Shown here: positions 60,857 through 64,000 of the stretch, piece by piece
Layout of the letters: each line of letters begins with the position of its first letter
Position numbering within the stretch: position 1 is the stretch's first letter
Assembly: GCA_040437565.1 (NCBI GenBank)
Contig: JBDOQK010000067.1
Span: 62,001 to 126,000, forward strand
Length of the DNA stretch: 64,000 bases
Direction: 5' to 3'
From: Albugo candida
Taxonomy: Eukaryota
Made by a program: the position numbers and the translations under genes
Notes under the pieces: generated by a model
What the model was told of the DNA's origin: nothing
What the model saw: only the letters and a program-made list of their open reading frames with translations
Databases searched by the model: none

Positions 60857-62179
60857 ATTTGGAGCAAAAGATTAAAAAGAATCTGGATTTAATAATTTCA
60901 AGGTTGGTTCGAAATTGTTAAGCTGAAGTAGGCGAAAGCTATTAGCATGGTTCGTTGTAACAAAGTTTTGGTTCATTTTGGTTCTCACCTGTGCTTGATA
61001 CAGTTTTACACGCACTTTTTGATTAACATCATCATGAATGTTTTGTTTACGCAGCGTACCACGAGCCTTGTGCACTCGATTCGAGATACGTTCAAAATGT
61101 TTAGAGTTGATTCTGTAGGTGAAAAGTCGTCGCTATGTCATTTTTGTATGCTCGCTGGCGTCTGCAATATTCTGTGCTGCATTTTCCGGATGTGCTAAAA
61201 ACTGCAATGATTCGAGTTATATGTAATCGTGAAACTTGATTTCCTGAACGCTAATCGGGTATTTTATAGGACGCGACCAAAGAAAAGATAATTTTTTTTA
61301 TCAATCTCATTAACATTTACCGTGAGTGCTGCGATGTTGGTTCACGTTGAAATAATCGCGGAGCCGTTAGCACTCACGCTGAAGTGGAACAGAATCAAAC
61401 TTCTTTCTAACAGCTTGAATGAAGAGGTGGAGCGTTGCAAATTCTTCCTGAAAAGTTAAGGCTCGATGGATAGCTCGTTGATATCACTCGAAGGAGAGCT
61501 CCTCGCCATTTTCCTGTAAAACCATTGGGATAACATTTGATGCCTACCTCTGAGCGTGACAATGATAGTAGCACACTGATTGTCAAAATTCGGCAATGGT
61601 GGCAAGACTTCAAATTACTAGCTTTAGCAATCACAAATAAGTCAACCTTTTACAAGGACTGGCTGACTCGGAATATTGGACCCAATATTTATTTGTGTAA
61701 ACTCAAGAGTAGTCATGGCATCATCCCTAGAGCTGATTTTTGTGAGGCGATGTATTCAAGCTAAGTTCGAGACACAGCGGGCATCCAATCTAGCGACATA
61801 AGCACGGCGTATATGGTACTTCAGAGACAAAAATGGGACATACCAGGCCAGACAACGCAAAAAAGAGAGTTCTNNNNNNNNNNNNNNNNNNNNNNNNNNN
61901 NNNNNNNNNNNNNNNNNNNNNNNNNNNNNNNNNNNNNNNNNNNNNNNNNNNNNNNNNNNNNNNNNNNNNNNNNCTGAGCGTGACAATGATAGTAGCACAC
62001 TGATTGTCAAAATTCGGCAATGGTGGCAAGACTTCAAATTACTAGCTTTAGCAATCACAAATAAGTCAACCTTTTACAAGGACTGGCTGACTCGGAATAT
62101 TGGACCCAATATTTATTTGTGTAAACTCAAGAGTAGTCATGGCATCATCCCTAGAGCTGATTTTTGTGAGGCGATGTAT

Positions 62180-62974
62180 TCAAGCTAAGTTCGAGACACA
62201 GCGGGCATCCAATCTAGCGACATAAGCACGGCGTATATGGTACTTCAGAGACAAAAATGGGACATACCAGGCCAGACAACGCAAAAAAGAGAGTTCTAGA
62301 TGATAATCCAGAACAATATACCTATTTTGGCATTCGTCTTTAATCAAATAGCTTATCCTTTCTCCCGTCAAAACGAAAGCTTGTGTTGCTCTTGTCAAAC
62401 CGAGAGCTATTTCCGGCACTGACTTTCACCATGACAATATTTTCTTAGATATCAACTCACTATTCGATAGAACTTACCATCAATGAACCCACTACACGAC
62501 ATTAAAATCGTAGCATCTTCATTCAAATCGCGAGCAGCGAATCTTCGATTGACCATCAGTAGATGCGCCACTTCGTCCAAAGCTTGATCATTCAATTCCA
62601 CAAAAGCGAGCTGCACATCGTCCATAGTGATCGGATGATCAGGTGCAGCTTAAATGATTTTTTCCGGGTTTGTGTGGAACTAAGCCAGCCTGCCCACATG
62701 TGTAATGTGTCTGTATGGAACAGCCTGCCAGGTCAGGTTGCATGAGGAGCGTATTTGGGATCGATTTTCATAAGCTCTCCAGCCTTTCCCACCCGAATTG
62801 GTCGCTTCGATTTTCTACCTTGGTTTGGCGTTTTTGAAAGATGTGGAAGGCCTTTGTTGCAGTGGCTACCTCTTTGGATTCGTGTTTCCACGGGAATAAT
62901 TTAAGAAGGAGTTCCATGCACTGGTTTCTAAACACTATAAGTTCCTCAGGCTTCATCTTTATTGTTGCGAGCAC
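62180..62974 (-). pseudogene. Degenerate coding remnant of unknown family
   Basis: Protein-like segments on the minus strand (e.g. PDHPITMDDVQLAFVELNDQALDEVAHLLMVNRRF...GFID followed by a GTAAG donor) are broken by stops and frameshifts. Confidence 0.3.
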
Positions 62975-64000
62975 CGACTAGTAATTACTAAATTGCGAAC
63001 TCAGCTGAGCATGCGATCGTGCTTTCGAGATCATGTGGCGATATAGCTCCATACGGTGCAGTTTACGACACGAAAGAGCCAACGGCATGTAGTCATATTC
63101 ATCCCAACCCGCTGATTAATATTTTCCTGATGAAGCTGATTTCTCCTTTAGAACGAGGAGAATCTGGGATTCCCTTTCGCGTGATATCTATAGAAGTCGG
63201 GAGCCCCAATTCGGAGAGATTTTTTACAGGTTTCCTTGCCTCCGTTTCTTGGCTTGGAACTGGCGTCTATACCAATTGTGGCGACAGAAATGTTTCCTTT
63301 GTTGCTGGAGTTTGGTTCTGGTTGTTTTTTTTTGATGCTATTTTTTTGTCTAGCCACATTAACCGAAACGTGTACATTGCCTTGGAATATGGGTATTCTT
63401 ACCCCGTGCAGGGTAGAGCTGTTTGTCGAATGCGATTGCTCGCATTATTTCCAACACGCACAAATGCTTCGGCGGGGGCGGGAAGTGAATTCTCCACGTC
63501 GCCACAGCCACTCCTTTCGACAAATTGGCTTCTCGAAAGTAACTCCAGATCGAAGCCAAACACGTCCAGGTATTACCGGCGTTTTAAGGTGTCGTGCTAC
63601 TTGATAAAGTACTTTCAGCCAGAACGTTGACCGACTGACAGTCCAGTTGCTAAGGAGAGTCCATGTATGTGAGTATCACACGGCCATTGCTTCCTAGACG
63701 CTTGTCCAATCNNNNNNNNNNNNNNNNNNNNNNNNNNNNNNNNNNNNNNNNNNNNNNNNNNNNNNNNNNNNNNNNNNNNNNNNNNNNNNNNNNNNNNNNN
63801 NNNNNNNNNNNGCCAAACACGTCCAGGTATTACCGGCGTTTTAAGGTGTCGTGCTACTTGATAAAGTACTTTCAGCCAGAACGTTGACTGACTGTCAGTC
63901 GGTTGCTAAGGAGAGTCCATGTATGTGAGTATCACACGGCCATTGCTTCCTAGACGCTTGTCCAATCTCGTGACACTACAGGAGACAATAAAACACCGGG

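Noticed and set aside
42359-62296. Further exact repeats around gaps at 42491, 49311, 55699, 57444, 58376, 59702 and 61874 (e.g. apparent double FYVE, double CHY)
   Set aside because: All abut 100-N gaps with identical sequence; not real domain duplications.
63019-63630. 203-aa plus-strand ORF and overlapping minus ORFs
   Set aside because: Non-ATG start, no motif, conflicting frames; cannot determine a coding strand.

Overview
Eukaryotic draft-scaffold window with short GT-AG introns and 17 gaps of 100 N. It is most likely an oomycete: it has INR+FPR core promoters, a myosin-FYVE fusion, CEP83 and compact genes. Albugo-like is an inference, not proven. The layout is 'two-speed'. Gene-dense housekeeping blocks are 1-4.7 kb (CDF zinc transporter, Rpn13, Nta1-like amidase), 21.4-27.2 kb (DUS3, IQ protein, Hus1) and 31.7-58.1 kb (CK2-beta, NAD kinase, CEP83, kinesin-14, YqaJ-like nuclease, CLC, myosin-FYVE, HSF-like, RCHY1). 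Between them are gene-sparse stretches carrying intronless secreted or effector-like genes and transposons. The best-supported new structure is a small secreted-protein gene (28512-28829) whose inverted paralogue (10815-13831) was knocked out by a Ty1/copia insertion in its signal-peptide codons (5-bp TSD AAAGC). Next to that paralogue lie an 825-bp Mutator-like element (9-bp TSD) and an 81-bp hAT MITE (8-bp TSD). Several secreted proteins share an xLRS(LGS) motif after the signal peptide, and several have upstream CACGTG boxes. Most direct repeats flanking N-gaps are assembly overlaps, not biology.
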